A DNA stretch of 64,000 nt from an uncultured delta proteobacterium (GCA_963765675.1 CAVXXK010000001.1:1280001-1344000), one strand, 5' to 3'. Positions 39,956 to 50,135 are shown, counted from the first letter of the stretch. The notes: generated from the sequence alone by a model not told the origin. Made by a program: numbers and translations.

Positions 39956-40870
39956 ATGGCGGCAAGCAATCGCGCGCGGCTGGTGATCGTGACCGGGGGC
40001 GGCGGCTTCATCGGCTCGCATCTGGCGGACGCTCTGATCGATTGCGGATTTCGCGTCCGCGTCATCGACAATTTCGCGACCGGAAATCGCGAGCGTGTGA
40101 ACCCTCGGGCCGAGCTCGTCGACGCAGATATTCGCGACGCCGACGCGATCGCGCCCGCGTTTACCGAAGACGTCGATTGCGTGTTCCACACCGCCGCGCT
40201 GCCGCGAATCCCGCTGTCGATCGCCAAACCGGTCCAGACGCATATGGCCAACGTGGTCGGCACGTTGAACGTGCTGATGGCGGTGCGCGAGGCGAAGATT
40301 CGCCGCTTCGTCTATTCCGGCTCGTCGTCGGTTTATGGAAATCAGGACCGGTTGCCGCTGATCGAGACGATGACGCCGAAGCCGCGCAGCCCATACGCGC
40401 TGCAAAAGTTCGTCGGCGAGGAGTACGCGCGGATGTTTCATCAGCTCTACGGCGTAGAGGCTGTGGTGCTGCGGTACTTCGCAGTGTACGGCCCGCGGAT
40501 GGCGGAAGAGGGCGCGTATATGCTCGCGATCGCGGCGTTCATGCGCGCGCGGCGCGAGGGCCGTCCGCTCGAGATTCACGGCGACGGCGAGCAGACCCGA
40601 GACTTCACTCACGTGCGCGATATCGTGGCAGCGAATATCCTCGCGATGGACGCGGAGATCGCCGACGGACGGCCGATCAACGTCGGTTTCGGCCACAACG
40701 TGAGCATCAACCGAATCGCGCAAATTTTCGGCGGTCCGATAGTGCATACGCCCGGGCGTCCGGGAGACATGCGCGACACGCTCGCGGATCGCTCGCTGGC
40801 CGAACGAATCCTGGGATGGACGCCGCGCGTGTCGATCGAGGATGGCCTCGCAGAGCTGCTCGCGCATTAA
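39956..40870 (+). CDS. NAD-dependent nucleotide-sugar epimerase/dehydratase
   Basis: TGGGGFIGSH, SSSVYG, SPYALQK, GDGEQTRDF. Confidence 0.9.
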   Translation: MAASNRARLVIVTGGGGFIGSHLADALIDCGFRVRVIDNFATGNRERVNPRAELVDADIRDADAIAPAFTEDVDCVFHTAALPRIPLSIAKPVQTHMANVVGTLNVLMAVREAKIRRFVYSGSSSVYGNQDRLPLIETMTPKPRSPYALQKFVGEEYARMFHQLYGVEAVVLRYFAVYGPRMAEEGAYMLAIAAFMRARREGRPLEIHGDGEQTRDFTHVRDIVAANILAMDAEIADGRPINVGFGHNVSINRIAQIFGGPIVHTPGRPGDMRDTLADRSLAERILGWTPRVSIEDGLAELLAH

Positions 40871-40923
40871 CGGCGCTTTGTATTACGCGTGGCAGTGAGA
40901 TAACGGTTTTCGCGGGAAACACT

Positions 40924-41721
40924 ATGCCGGAACCTTATTACAAGCAGCATTGGATCGAGATCGATCCTGAGCGCCACGCGGCGTACGACCAGATACTCGC
41001 CTTTCATCCCGCGATGGAGCCGATCCTGCGCCCACTGGATTTGCGCGCCGGGCTGAGTGTGCTCGATGTCGGCTCGGGGCCGGGGCATACGACCCTGGAG
41101 CTCGCGCGTCGTGTCGGGTCGTCGGGAAAGGTGACGGGCGTCGATATCAACGCCGAGTTCATCGCGCGGTCGGGCGCTCGCGCACGTGAACAGAAGGCAA
41201 ACGTCGAGTTCGTCCACAGCGGCTTTCCGCCGCTGCCATTTCCCGACCGATCATTCGATCGCGTATTCTGCAAGAACGTTCTCGAGTATGTCGATTCCGC
41301 GACGGCGACCGTGGCCGAGATGGCGCGGGTCGCTGCATCGGGTGGGATTGTCGTCGCGGTGGATAGCGATTGGGATATGCTCGCGCTCGATCTCGGTCCT
41401 GAGTCCGCGGATTTGACCGAGCGGGTGCTTGCGGCGAGCAAATCGATCGCGATCAAGGAGCCGAAGATCGGGCGCCGTCTGTTCGGAATGTTTCGCGCGG
41501 CCGGGCTCGGCGAGGTCAAGGCCGAGGTTCTGGCTGGAGCCGACACCGCGGGGCGCTCGCTGCCGATGCTGAAGGCGAGCATTGCGCGTTATGCGCGCGA
41601 CTCGGGCCGAGTGAGTGAAGCGGAAGTTGCGCGATGGCTCGGGTCGGTCGATCAGGCGGTCGCGAGCGGCAGATTTTTTTTCGTCTTGCCACAGTTCGTT
41701 GTACGGGGAATCAAACCATAG
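40924..41721 (+). CDS. Class I SAM methyltransferase (UbiE-like)
   Basis: VLDVGSGPG, GVDIN, LPFPDRSFD; start MPEPYY. Confidence 0.88.
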   Translation: MPEPYYKQHWIEIDPERHAAYDQILAFHPAMEPILRPLDLRAGLSVLDVGSGPGHTTLELARRVGSSGKVTGVDINAEFIARSGARAREQKANVEFVHSGFPPLPFPDRSFDRVFCKNVLEYVDSATATVAEMARVAASGGIVVAVDSDWDMLALDLGPESADLTERVLAASKSIAIKEPKIGRRLFGMFRAAGLGEVKAEVLAGADTAGRSLPMLKASIARYARDSGRVSEAEVARWLGSVDQAVASGRFFFVLPQFVVRGIKP

Positions 41722-41767
41722 CCGACATATTTCGGTCGGCCGAAAATCTTAGTCTGGGAGCGCGTCA

Positions 41768-42499
41768 ATGATTGCAGCGTGGCTGGCTTTCTATGACGGA
41801 ATCATCGCGATCGTTCTTTTTCTGGCGGGAATCCTCGGCGCCTATTTTCACCTCGTCGCGCCGTTCGTTGGATTCACCACCGCGATGATCTGGGGCACGT
41901 TGATTTCGATTATCGGGACGATCGTCGGAATTATCGCGATTATCCGTACGCGGGCGCCGGAGCGCGCCGCCGGCCGTCCGCGCGCGAACGTCGGGCTGAT
42001 CCTGTCGCTCATTGTCCTGGTCCCGGTCGTGGTGATGGTTCTTTCGGGACTGAAATATCCCGGGATCAACGACATCACGACCGACTTCACCAACCCGCCC
42101 GAGTTCACCCACGCGCAGCAACTGCCCGCCAACCGAAACCGCGACCTCAAGTACGATGCGGCGAAGTATATGGCCAAGCAGCAGTCCGGCTATCCCCCGC
42201 TGGCGCCGCTGCATCTTAGTGATCCTCCGGCGGCGGCGTACGATCGCGTGAAGAATCTTGCCGCGTCGATGCCGACGTGGACGATTACCAGCGCCGACCC
42301 CGCGACGATGACGATCGAAGGTTTCAGCACCTCGGCCCTGTTCCATTTTCAGGACGACTTCGTAATCCAGGTACGTCCCGGCGATGGCGGCAGCAGTCTG
42401 GTCGAGATGCGCTCGAAGTCGCGCGACGGAATCGGCGACTTCGGCGTCAACTACAAACGAATCGTCGGTTTCTTGGGAAAGTTGCGAGCAGCGGCGTAA
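41768..42499 (+). CDS. DUF1499 membrane protein
   Basis: 3 TM segments; INDITTD; FQDDFVI; VEMRSKSRDGIGDFGVN. Confidence 0.88.
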   Translation: MIAAWLAFYDGIIAIVLFLAGILGAYFHLVAPFVGFTTAMIWGTLISIIGTIVGIIAIIRTRAPERAAGRPRANVGLILSLIVLVPVVVMVLSGLKYPGINDITTDFTNPPEFTHAQQLPANRNRDLKYDAAKYMAKQQSGYPPLAPLHLSDPPAAAYDRVKNLAASMPTWTITSADPATMTIEGFSTSALFHFQDDFVIQVRPGDGGSSLVEMRSKSRDGIGDFGVNYKRIVGFLGKLRAAA

Positions 42500-42507
42500 A
42501 AACTCAA

Positions 42508-42611
42508 GCGGCCACAAAGACACCAAGACACTAAGAAGAAAAACCGGATGCGGCGTTCCCGAAGGAACGCCGCATCCAGATTTCTTTGTGTCTTCGTGTC
42601 TTTGTGGCCGC
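42508..42611. repeat. Palindromic repeat, copy 1 (GCCACAAAGACACCAAGACAC arms) enclosing a 14-bp hairpin; likely bidirectional terminator
   Basis: Arms 42508-42530 and about 42585-42611; inner GGATGCGGCGTTCC-cgaa-GGAACGCCGCATCC; lies between convergent genes. Confidence 0.8.
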
Positions 42612-42621
42612 CTGCTCTTCT

Positions 42622-43563
42622 TTAGAAATTCCCGAGCGCGCGGATAGTTCGTTTCACGGCGCTGGCACGGTCTTCGTTGACCGGGTTCGTGAATACAATC
42701 GCGGTGCCGATTCCCGGTGCGACCAGCGCCTGAAGCTTCTCGCGCACTCGCGCTTCGGAGCCGACCAGCAGGGTCGCATCGATCATCTCATTGGTGACGG
42801 CTTTCATCGCGGCGTCGCCGTCGCGGCCCGCCGCGCGGATTGCGGTGATCTCTTTGTCGAATCCCGAGCGCGCAATCATGTTGCCGTAATAGGTCAGCGC
42901 GCCGTATCGCGAAAGCAACTTGCGCGCGGGGCGGCGTGCCGCTTCGAGATCATCGGAGATAAACGCAGTCGCGAAGAGCGTCGGCTCGATCGCCTTGGGA
43001 TCGCGCCCGGCTTTTTTCGCGCCTTCGGCCAGCTCGCCGAGCGCCTGGGTGACGCGTTTGGGCGGAAAGAAATTGAAAATTACGCCGTCGGCGATCTCGC
43101 CCGCGAGCTTCACCATTGGTTTGGATACTCCCGCAAGATAAATCGGCAACTTCTTTGTCACGCGCGGGCCGGTGGTGCCGCCGTCGAGGGGTTTGCGAAT
43201 CGCGGCGACGGTCTCGCGCATCCGCGTCATCGGATCGCCCATGTCGATCTTCAGGATCGTGTTCATCTCGCGATGCCCTGTGCCGAGGCCCAGGATAAAG
43301 CGTCCTCCCGTGAACTCCTGCACGGCGGCGGCTTCGTTGGCGAGCAGGGCAGGGTGGCGGAAGTAGATATTGCTGATCGCCGTGCCGAGCATGATGCGCT
43401 TGGTGTGCATCCCGAGCGCGAGCGAGCACGCCAGCGCGTCGTTGCCGGCTTCGGTCATGAACACTCCCGCCAGGCCAGCATCCTCGGCGGCTTTGGCCCA
43501 TTCGATGAGCGTAGCTGGCGGAGAGTCGGGAAGAGTCGAGAAAGCGAGAGCGATTTTTGCCAT
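42622..43563 (-). CDS. LLM-class (luciferase-like) flavin/F420-dependent oxidoreductase
   Basis: AEDAGLAGVFMTE, LGTAISNIYFRHP, GRFILGLGTGH, LAGEIADG. Confidence 0.9.
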   Translation of the reverse strand: MAKIALAFSTLPDSPPATLIEWAKAAEDAGLAGVFMTEAGNDALACSLALGMHTKRIMLGTAISNIYFRHPALLANEAAAVQEFTGGRFILGLGTGHREMNTILKIDMGDPMTRMRETVAAIRKPLDGGTTGPRVTKKLPIYLAGVSKPMVKLAGEIADGVIFNFFPPKRVTQALGELAEGAKKAGRDPKAIEPTLFATAFISDDLEAARRPARKLLSRYGALTYYGNMIARSGFDKEITAIRAAGRDGDAAMKAVTNEMIDATLLVGSEARVREKLQALVAPGIGTAIVFTNPVNEDRASAVKRTIRALGNF

Positions 43564-43757
43564 AGTCAATTCCTTTCGGACAGCGATGCGACAGTTCCAT
43601 CATGCGCCGCATCGCGTCAAGAGCATCGTGGGTTCCCTCACTGCTCTTGAGCGCACGAATTTAAGTCACTGGACATTCCACCCGGCCGGCCCTAAAACCA
43701 ATGGAGGGGCAAACGGTTCGGCTATGGTGGCCGGCGAAATCGTGCGCAGGAGGATCT

Positions 43758-44174
43758 ATGAAGCGAGTGGGTATTGGTCTTATTTCAGCGGTTTTTGTGC
43801 TGGCCGCGATAGGTATCGGATCGGCTAAGGATTTGTCGAGCACCGGTCTCGAAGAGGCTTTTATCGATTCGGTCGGCACTTGCGGGCCGTCGAGCAATAT
43901 CGCGGGAGTGATCGGCAAGAGCGCTGATCAGGCGGTGCAGATGGCGCTGCGCCGCGCTCTGTTTCTGGAGGCGGCTGACGACGCGGCTGGAGTGGCGGGC
44001 AAGAATGGGCCGCATTCGGAGTGTCTCCAGAAAGACCTCTCGGCGCGCGGCTATTCGAGCGCGCAGATGTCGGCGCTGCCTGATTGCGTTTCGCAGGATT
44101 GGCCGGGGCCGCTTACCTCGCTGGGCGATTGCGTGAAAGCCAGGACGCGGCTGAGCGAGGGTCTTAAGAAATAG
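43758..44174 (+). CDS. Small secreted hypothetical protein with four Cys
   Basis: AGGAGG RBS; signal peptide MKRVGIGLISAVFVLAAIGIGSA. Confidence 0.7.
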   Translation: MKRVGIGLISAVFVLAAIGIGSAKDLSSTGLEEAFIDSVGTCGPSSNIAGVIGKSADQAVQMALRRALFLEAADDAAGVAGKNGPHSECLQKDLSARGYSSAQMSALPDCVSQDWPGPLTSLGDCVKARTRLSEGLKK

Positions 44175-44192
44175 CGACTGCGGTTTTCACCT

Positions 44193-44234
44193 AAAGACGC
44201 CGTCGTGGCATCGGGCTGCGCCGGCGTTTTTTTT
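44193..44234 (+). terminator. Terminator-like hairpin between convergent genes
   Basis: AAAGACGCCG...CGGCGTTTTTTTT. Confidence 0.55.
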
Positions 44235-45561
44235 AGTCGAGGCCGTACTTTCTGCGTTTTCGCCACAGCGTCGCCACGTTGATTCCAAGCATGTCGGCGG
44301 CTTCTTCCAGAGTCACCGCCTGTTCGAGCACCGACTCGATATGGCGGCGTTCGAGCTCCTCCAGGGTTTTGCTCTGATCGGTCTTTCCCGGACCGGCCAG
44401 GAGGCGATCGGGCAGATCGCCGAGCGTGATCGTTTCGCCGCGGCTTAAGACCACCGCCCGCTCGATCACGTTGCGCAACTCTCGCACGTTGCCCGGCCAT
44501 GAATAGGCCGACAGCGCGCGCGCTGCCTCCGGCGCGAGTGCGAGGGGAACCTTGTGATGCCGCAGCGCGGCCTGAGCGGTGAAATGCGCCGCCAGCCGCG
44601 GAATCTCTCCTGGACGTTCACGCAGGGCCGGTACGTGCAGCTCGATCACGTTGAGGCGATAATACAGATCTTCCCGGAAGCGCTTCTGATGCACCAGTTG
44701 CTCGAGGTCCTGATTGGTTGCCGCGATAATTCGGACGTCTACGGTGATCGTGTTGGCGCCGCCGACTCGCTCGAAGGTCTTCTCCTGCAGAAAGCGCAGG
44801 AGCTTCGATTGCACTACCGGCGACAGGTCGCCGATTTCGTCGAGCAAGACCGATCCGCCCTCGGCCGCTTCGAGCCGGCCGGGCTTGTCCTTGATCGCGC
44901 CGGTGAAGGCGCCGCGCACGTGGCCGAAGAGTTCGCTTTCGAGCAGATGTTCGCTGAGCGTCGTGCATGCGACCTGCACGAACGGTCCGGCGCTGCGCGG
45001 GCTGGTGCGATGGATATGGCTCGCGAGCAGGCTCTTGCCGGTGCCGCTTTCGCCGCTCAGCAGGATCGTCGCGTCGCTGCCTGCCACCTGCGCCGCAGTC
45101 TCGGCCAGTTTGCGGCTGTGCGCGCTGAGCGTCTGGAAGCTCTCCGGACTCGAGAGGCGTTCGACTTCCGCGCGCAGGCGGCGATTCTCGGCGCGCAGGC
45201 TCTGCACCTCGAGCGCGCGTGCAACCACGCGGCGAATATGCTCGGCGGTGAACGGCTTGGGCAGATAATCGTACGCGCCAAAGCGCATCGCCTCGACCGC
45301 GTCGGGAATTGAGCCGTACGCGGTCATCATCACGACCTGCACCGCGGGGTTCTGCTGCTTGATCGATTGCAGCAGCTTGAATCCGCCGAGCCCCGCCATC
45401 CGAACGTCGCTGATTACGATTTCTGCCTCGCTTGGCGCGAGCACCTCAAGCGCGCGCTCGGCGCTTTCGGCTTCGGTTACGCGATGGCCCGCGCCCTCGA
45501 GGCTCGCCGCTAACATCCGGCGTATATTGCGGTCGTCGTCAACGACCAGGATCCTGGCCAA
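44233..45561 (-). CDS. Sigma-54-dependent response regulator (REC-AAA+-Fis HTH; AlgB/AtoC/ZraR-like)
   Basis: ILVVDDD, GESGTGKS, ESELFGHVRGAFTGA, FREDLYYRL, WPGNVREL; TTG start with GGGAGG RBS. Confidence 0.95.
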   Translation of the reverse strand: MARILVVDDDRNIRRMLAASLEGAGHRVTEAESAERALEVLAPSEAEIVISDVRMAGLGGFKLLQSIKQQNPAVQVVMMTAYGSIPDAVEAMRFGAYDYLPKPFTAEHIRRVVARALEVQSLRAENRRLRAEVERLSSPESFQTLSAHSRKLAETAAQVAGSDATILLSGESGTGKSLLASHIHRTSPRSAGPFVQVACTTLSEHLLESELFGHVRGAFTGAIKDKPGRLEAAEGGSVLLDEIGDLSPVVQSKLLRFLQEKTFERVGGANTITVDVRIIAATNQDLEQLVHQKRFREDLYYRLNVIELHVPALRERPGEIPRLAAHFTAQAALRHHKVPLALAPEAARALSAYSWPGNVRELRNVIERAVVLSRGETITLGDLPDRLLAGPGKTDQSKTLEELERRHIESVLEQAVTLEEAADMLGINVATLWRKRRKYGLD

Positions 45562-46753
45562 GCGCTTCCTCCCGAATTGGTATCTCGATCGTGAACATCG
45601 TACCGTGTCCGTCGTCACTGTGCGCGAAGATGCGGCCGTTGTGCGCCTCGACAATCTCTTTGGCGATATACAGTCCTAGTCCCGCCGAGCCCATCGCGGT
45701 GCCCACCCCAGGAAACTGGGCGTAGGGCTCAAAGATTCGCGGCATCAGTTCGGGCGCGATTCCTTTGCCGGTGTCGGTGACGATCGTGCGCGCGATCTTG
45801 CCGTCGCGCTTGAGCGCAATCGTGATTCGTCCGCCCGCCGGAGTGTAGCGCAGCGAGTTTCCAACCAGGTTGGTGATTACCCACGGCAGCTTGATCGGAT
45901 CGCCCCAAATCGGAATCGGCGCACCGGACGCCAGAACGTCGAGCGTGATGCTTTTTTCCTCGGCCTGGAGCGCGAGCGGACGGCATACCTCGCCGATCAC
46001 GCGGTCGAGCAGGATCGCCCTGCGCTCGACGCCGATCCGCGCGACGCTGGTGCGCGAGGCGTCGAGCAGGTTGTTCGCGATAGTAGTCAGCCGGCCGATA
46101 TCGTTGCGGATCGTCTCGAGCAGCTCGCGCTGGCGGTCAGTTGCGTCGGCGCGCGCCGATTCCGCCATCAGCTCCGCACCGAGCGCGAGCGAGGTCAGCG
46201 GAGTCTTGAGCTCGTGCGACAGGGTCGCGATGAGATTGGTGCGTTGGCGCTCCTGATCGCGGATAAAGGTCACGTCCTGAAGCAGCAGAATCGTCCCGAG
46301 CGGTTCCATCGAGCGCCCGGTCCATTGGAGTTCGCGGCTGATGTAGGTATGGTCGCGGCCGCGCAGGAAGACCTTGAACTCCGTGGGAGCGTCGAGGCTG
46401 CTGGCCGAATTGCGCTGCGCCGCGAGCAACCGCGCCACATGCGGATTGTGTGCGGCCAGGTCGTCGAGAACCACGCCGGGCCCCGCGTCGAGCACCAGAA
46501 TCGCAGCGGCGACTTCATTGATGTGAACGATCGCGCGCGAACGGTCGAGCACGATCAGGCCGTCCTCGACGCTTTCGATTATCGCGTCGATTTTCGAGCG
46601 CTCGTGATCGAGCTCCGCGACTCGCGCCTTGTAATCGCGTGCCGCTGCCGTATCGATCGACTTGGCGAGCTCCCGAATATGCCGACGCGTTCGCAGGAGC
46701 GACCATAGGGCCGCAGCTATAGCACCGACGATAAATGCGAGTGCGATCTTCAA
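45539..46753 (-). CDS. Sensor histidine kinase (single TM, PAS, HisKA, HATPase)
   Basis: SHELKTPL, NLVGNSLRY, DTGKGI, GLGLYIAKEIVEAHNG. Confidence 0.93.
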   Translation of the reverse strand: MKIALAFIVGAIAAALWSLLRTRRHIRELAKSIDTAAARDYKARVAELDHERSKIDAIIESVEDGLIVLDRSRAIVHINEVAAAILVLDAGPGVVLDDLAAHNPHVARLLAAQRNSASSLDAPTEFKVFLRGRDHTYISRELQWTGRSMEPLGTILLLQDVTFIRDQERQRTNLIATLSHELKTPLTSLALGAELMAESARADATDRQRELLETIRNDIGRLTTIANNLLDASRTSVARIGVERRAILLDRVIGEVCRPLALQAEEKSITLDVLASGAPIPIWGDPIKLPWVITNLVGNSLRYTPAGGRITIALKRDGKIARTIVTDTGKGIAPELMPRIFEPYAQFPGVGTAMGSAGLGLYIAKEIVEAHNGRIFAHSDDGHGTMFTIEIPIREEALGQDPGR

Positions 46754-46874
46754 GGATGGAAGCCCGCAAGATCATCGTCGGCGGCGGATCGACAGGTCGA
46801 AACATCCCACGATGGCATGGGCAATATTGTAGCGCGCGTGCCGATCAAAGTGTCAGCAACGCCGTCATTGGTCC

Positions 46875-46980
46875 ATTGCAAAATGCACGAATTAAACTCA
46901 AGCAACTAGTGCCGAATGCAAATATGACCATCGAAAAATTGATGAATCCGCTGGAATTTAGACGGGGACTGCAAATTGCA
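46875..46980 (+). promoter_or_regulatory. Putative sigma-54 promoter (-24/-12) and upstream enhancer for the transporter gene
   Basis: GG-actgcaaatt-GC at 46966-46979 (TTGCA at -12); imperfect palindrome ATTGCA-AAA-TGCAC at 46875-46888. Confidence 0.5.
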
Positions 46981-47043
46981 TCCAATCGCACCAACCTCTG
47001 GGATCGACACGGAGGCTTGCCCGGGTATCTGAAAGAGGATTGT

Positions 47044-49086
47044 TTGGCTGCGACTATCAAAGGACCTCACGCCATCGGTGAAACTCCGGCGGCGCCAAGT
47101 TCGAAAAAACAAACCCGCGCGATCGTTGTCACCACCGGAATGCTCGCCTTCATTTCGTTCTGGCGGGCGTCGGCGGTGGTGCTCTGCGACCTCGCGTCGA
47201 CGGCGTATTACATCGGCGGAATCGTCGAGGGCGCGGTCGGCAAGTCGGCGCCGTATTTCATCCTGGCGGTGATGCTGTTTTCGTACGCGGTGCGGGCGGT
47301 CTACGTCGAGTCGTGTTCGATGTTCACGCGCGGCGGCGTGTATCGCGTCGTGAAAGAAGCGATGGGCTCGACGCTGGCCAAGCTCAGCGTCTCCGCCCTG
47401 ATGTTCGACTATATTCTGACGGGACCGACCAGCGGCGTGTCCGCCGGCCAGTACCTGGTCGGGTTGATCAACGAAATCCTGAAGCTCGGGCATCTCACGG
47501 TAACGCTGCCGCCGGACTTCACCGCCGCGCTGTTCGCGATCGGCTGCACGGTCTATTTCTGGTGGCAGAATATCCTCGGGATCGAGGAATCGAGCGGCAA
47601 AGCGATGCGCATCATGCAGGTCACCACCGTGATGGCGGTGATGATGATCGGATGGTGCGGGCTGACGCTGTATCTGCGCGGCTTTCATATGCCGCCGCTG
47701 CATCTGAACTTTCCCGACAGCTCGCTCGGATGGCTCGCGCATACGCCGGCGGCGCGGACCTTTGGCGCATTCGGAATCGTGATCGCGTTCGGCCATTCGA
47801 TTCTCGCGATGTCGGGCGAAGAATCGCTGGCGCAGATCAATCGTGAAATCGAAGCGCCCAAGTTAAAGAACCTGCTCCGTACCGGCTTCATCATCTTCAT
47901 CTACAGCCTGCTGCTGACCTCGCTTATCTCCTTCTTCGCGGTGATGATCATTCCCGACAGCGTGCGGATGCCGCTCTATGGCGACGATCTGATCGGCGGC
48001 CTTGCGATGTACGTGGTTGGGCCGCTGTGGCTGCGCCTCGCGTTGCGCGCGTTCGTGGTGTTCGTGGGATTCCTGATCCTCGCGGGCGCGGTGAACACCG
48101 CAATCGTCGGTTCAGTAGGAGTTCTGACCCGGGTTGCCGAGGATGGAGTGCTGCTCGACTGGTTCCGGCATCCGCATCGAAAATTCGGCACCAATTACCG
48201 GATTGTGAATATGGTTGCGATTCTGCAGATCGCGACCATCATCCTTTCCAAAGGCGATATGTACGTCCTTGGCGAGGCCTATGCCTTCGGCGTTATCTGG
48301 AGCTTCGTATTCAAGACACTCTCGGTGCTGGTGCTGCGCTACAAGCATAAGTACAAGCGTTTGTGGCGGGTGCCGCTAAATCTGAAATTCTTCCGTCCCG
48401 GCGGACAGGATTTTCCGCTAGGGCTCGCACTCACGTTCCTGGTGCTGTTCATGACCGCGGTGGTGAACCTGTTCACCAAAGAGGTTGCGACGATTGCGGG
48501 AATCGCGTTCACCGTCGGGCTGTTCGTGGTCTTTGAGATCTCGCAGAAGATCAACGGACAGGTCGAGCATCCCTACGGCGAAGAGCCAGAGAAGTTCAAC
48601 CTCGAGATGGTCGATGAGGAGCATCTCGACGCGGCGCATCTTAACCTGAACGCTCCGATCAAGCGAATCATCGCGATTCGCGACCCGCTGAATCTCGCGC
48701 ATTTGCATCGCTACCTGTCCGAGCGCGACAGCGCAGAGCTGATCGCGGTAACCGTGCGCAATGAAAAAGGCCTCGCCTCGAGCGATGGCGGCGAGATCTT
48801 CACCGACGCCGAGCAGAAGCTGTTCAGCCGAGTCGTCAAGGTGTGCGAAGATCATGGCCGCGCAGTGACTCCGCTGGTCGCGGTCTCGAACGACCAGGTC
48901 TATGCAATCGCTCGAGTGGCGTATGTGCTGGGCGCGGAAGAAGTTGTGATGGGTGTTTCGGCGCGTTTCAATTCCGACATCCAGCTCGAAAATTTCGCGA
49001 TGCACTGGGGCTCGCTCGCCGACAGCGACCATCACGTAAAGGTGCGCGTCCTGTCCGAGACCCAGGATATCCGCGCCGAGCTGTAA
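47044..49086 (+). CDS. APC-superfamily permease, KimA/YdaO-like, with C-terminal cytoplasmic USP-like domain
   Basis: About 12 TM segments; ALMFDYILTGPTSGVSAG; TTG start after GAGGA. Confidence 0.82.
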   Translation: MAATIKGPHAIGETPAAPSSKKQTRAIVVTTGMLAFISFWRASAVVLCDLASTAYYIGGIVEGAVGKSAPYFILAVMLFSYAVRAVYVESCSMFTRGGVYRVVKEAMGSTLAKLSVSALMFDYILTGPTSGVSAGQYLVGLINEILKLGHLTVTLPPDFTAALFAIGCTVYFWWQNILGIEESSGKAMRIMQVTTVMAVMMIGWCGLTLYLRGFHMPPLHLNFPDSSLGWLAHTPAARTFGAFGIVIAFGHSILAMSGEESLAQINREIEAPKLKNLLRTGFIIFIYSLLLTSLISFFAVMIIPDSVRMPLYGDDLIGGLAMYVVGPLWLRLALRAFVVFVGFLILAGAVNTAIVGSVGVLTRVAEDGVLLDWFRHPHRKFGTNYRIVNMVAILQIATIILSKGDMYVLGEAYAFGVIWSFVFKTLSVLVLRYKHKYKRLWRVPLNLKFFRPGGQDFPLGLALTFLVLFMTAVVNLFTKEVATIAGIAFTVGLFVVFEISQKINGQVEHPYGEEPEKFNLEMVDEEHLDAAHLNLNAPIKRIIAIRDPLNLAHLHRYLSERDSAELIAVTVRNEKGLASSDGGEIFTDAEQKLFSRVVKVCEDHGRAVTPLVAVSNDQVYAIARVAYVLGAEEVVMGVSARFNSDIQLENFAMHWGSLADSDHHVKVRVLSETQDIRAEL

Positions 49087-49225
49087 CCTTCAGCCCTCGC
49101 TGCAACGTCTCGCTTCCACGCCCTCTCCCTCCGACTCGATCCACAAGCTGAGACGCGAGCGCTATCCGAACTCGGAATTCTCGCGCGGCAGCCATACGCG
49201 GGGATGACGAGTGGATCCGCTGCGC

Positions 49226-49286
49226 TTGACAAATCCCCGCGCGCGCGGTATTTAACCTACTAGTTATTTAACTGAATGGTTCAATA
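49226..49286 (+). promoter_or_regulatory. Sigma-70 promoter overlapped by two ArsR-type operators
   Basis: TTGACA-17 bp-TATTTA; palindromes TATTTAAC-N6-GTTATTTA (49249-49270) and TATTTAAC-N6-GTTCAATA (49265-49286). Confidence 0.75.
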
Positions 49287-49303
49287 CTAACAGTTCAAGC
49301 CCA

Positions 49304-49678
49304 ATGACGCCTGACCTCAACACCACCTTCGCCGCCCTGGCCGATCCTACTCGCCGCGCGATACTTGCCCGCCTTGCCGCCGGCGAGATCTCGGTCACGG
49401 AGTTGGCCGAGCCATTCAAGATGACCCTTCCCGCCGTCTCGAAGCATCTTAAGGTGCTCGAACGCGCCGGTCTGATCGCGCGCGGACGCGAGGCGCAGTG
49501 GCGTCCGTGCCGGCTCGAAGCAGGTCCGCTCAAGCAGGCATCCGATTGGATCGAGAGCTATCGCCGCTTCTGGGAAGAGAGTTTCGATCGCCTGGAAGAC
49601 TATCTGCGCGAAATTCAAAATCGCCCAGTGAAAAAGCAGGTTCAGAAAAAGGAGCATCGAAATGGCCGCAACAAGTAA
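49304..49678 (+). CDS. ArsR/SmtB-family transcriptional regulator
   Basis: FAALADPTRRAIL, VSKHLKVLERAGLI. Confidence 0.95.
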   Translation: MTPDLNTTFAALADPTRRAILARLAAGEISVTELAEPFKMTLPAVSKHLKVLERAGLIARGREAQWRPCRLEAGPLKQASDWIESYRRFWEESFDRLEDYLREIQNRPVKKQVQKKEHRNGRNK

Positions 49679-50135
49679 TGCCGCCGCGATTTCCGCGGAA
49701 CGCGAGCTGGTCATCACGCGCATTTTCGATGCGCCGCGGAGCTTGGTTTTCAAGGCTTGGACTGAGCCCGAGCATTTGGCTCACTGGTGGGGTCCGAGCG
49801 GCTTCACTCTTCCAGAATGCGAGATCGATGCGCGCACCGGCGGCCACTATCGCTTCCGGATGCGCTCATCTGAGGGGACGGAGCATTGGTCGCAGGGAAT
49901 TTTCAGCGAGGTCGTCGCGCCGGAACGGATAGTGTTCACCGGCGGATGGACCGACGCGGAGGGCAAGCCGCTCAGCCCCGTGATGAAGACGACGGTGACG
50001 TTCGAAGAGCATACCGGCAGGACCCACCTGAGGTTGCATCAGAGCGGGCTCGAATCGGTCGCGGCGCGCGAGTCGCATCGAGGTGGCTGGACCAGTTCGA
50101 TGCAGCGCCTGGCGGTATACCTGGCGACGGTCTGA
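49662..50135 (+). CDS. SRPBCC/AHSA1 (START-like) protein, copy 1
   Basis: ELVITRIFDAPRSLVFKAWTEP...WWGP...GW. Confidence 0.93.
   Translation: MAATSNAAAISAERELVITRIFDAPRSLVFKAWTEPEHLAHWWGPSGFTLPECEIDARTGGHYRFRMRSSEGTEHWSQGIFSEVVAPERIVFTGGWTDAEGKPLSPVMKTTVTFEEHTGRTHLRLHQSGLESVAARESHRGGWTSSMQRLAVYLATV

Noticed and set aside
39895-40923. 608-aa ORF suggesting a long N-terminal extension on the methyltransferase
   Set aside because: The extension is an Arg-rich alternative frame of the epimerase gene; the real start is 40924
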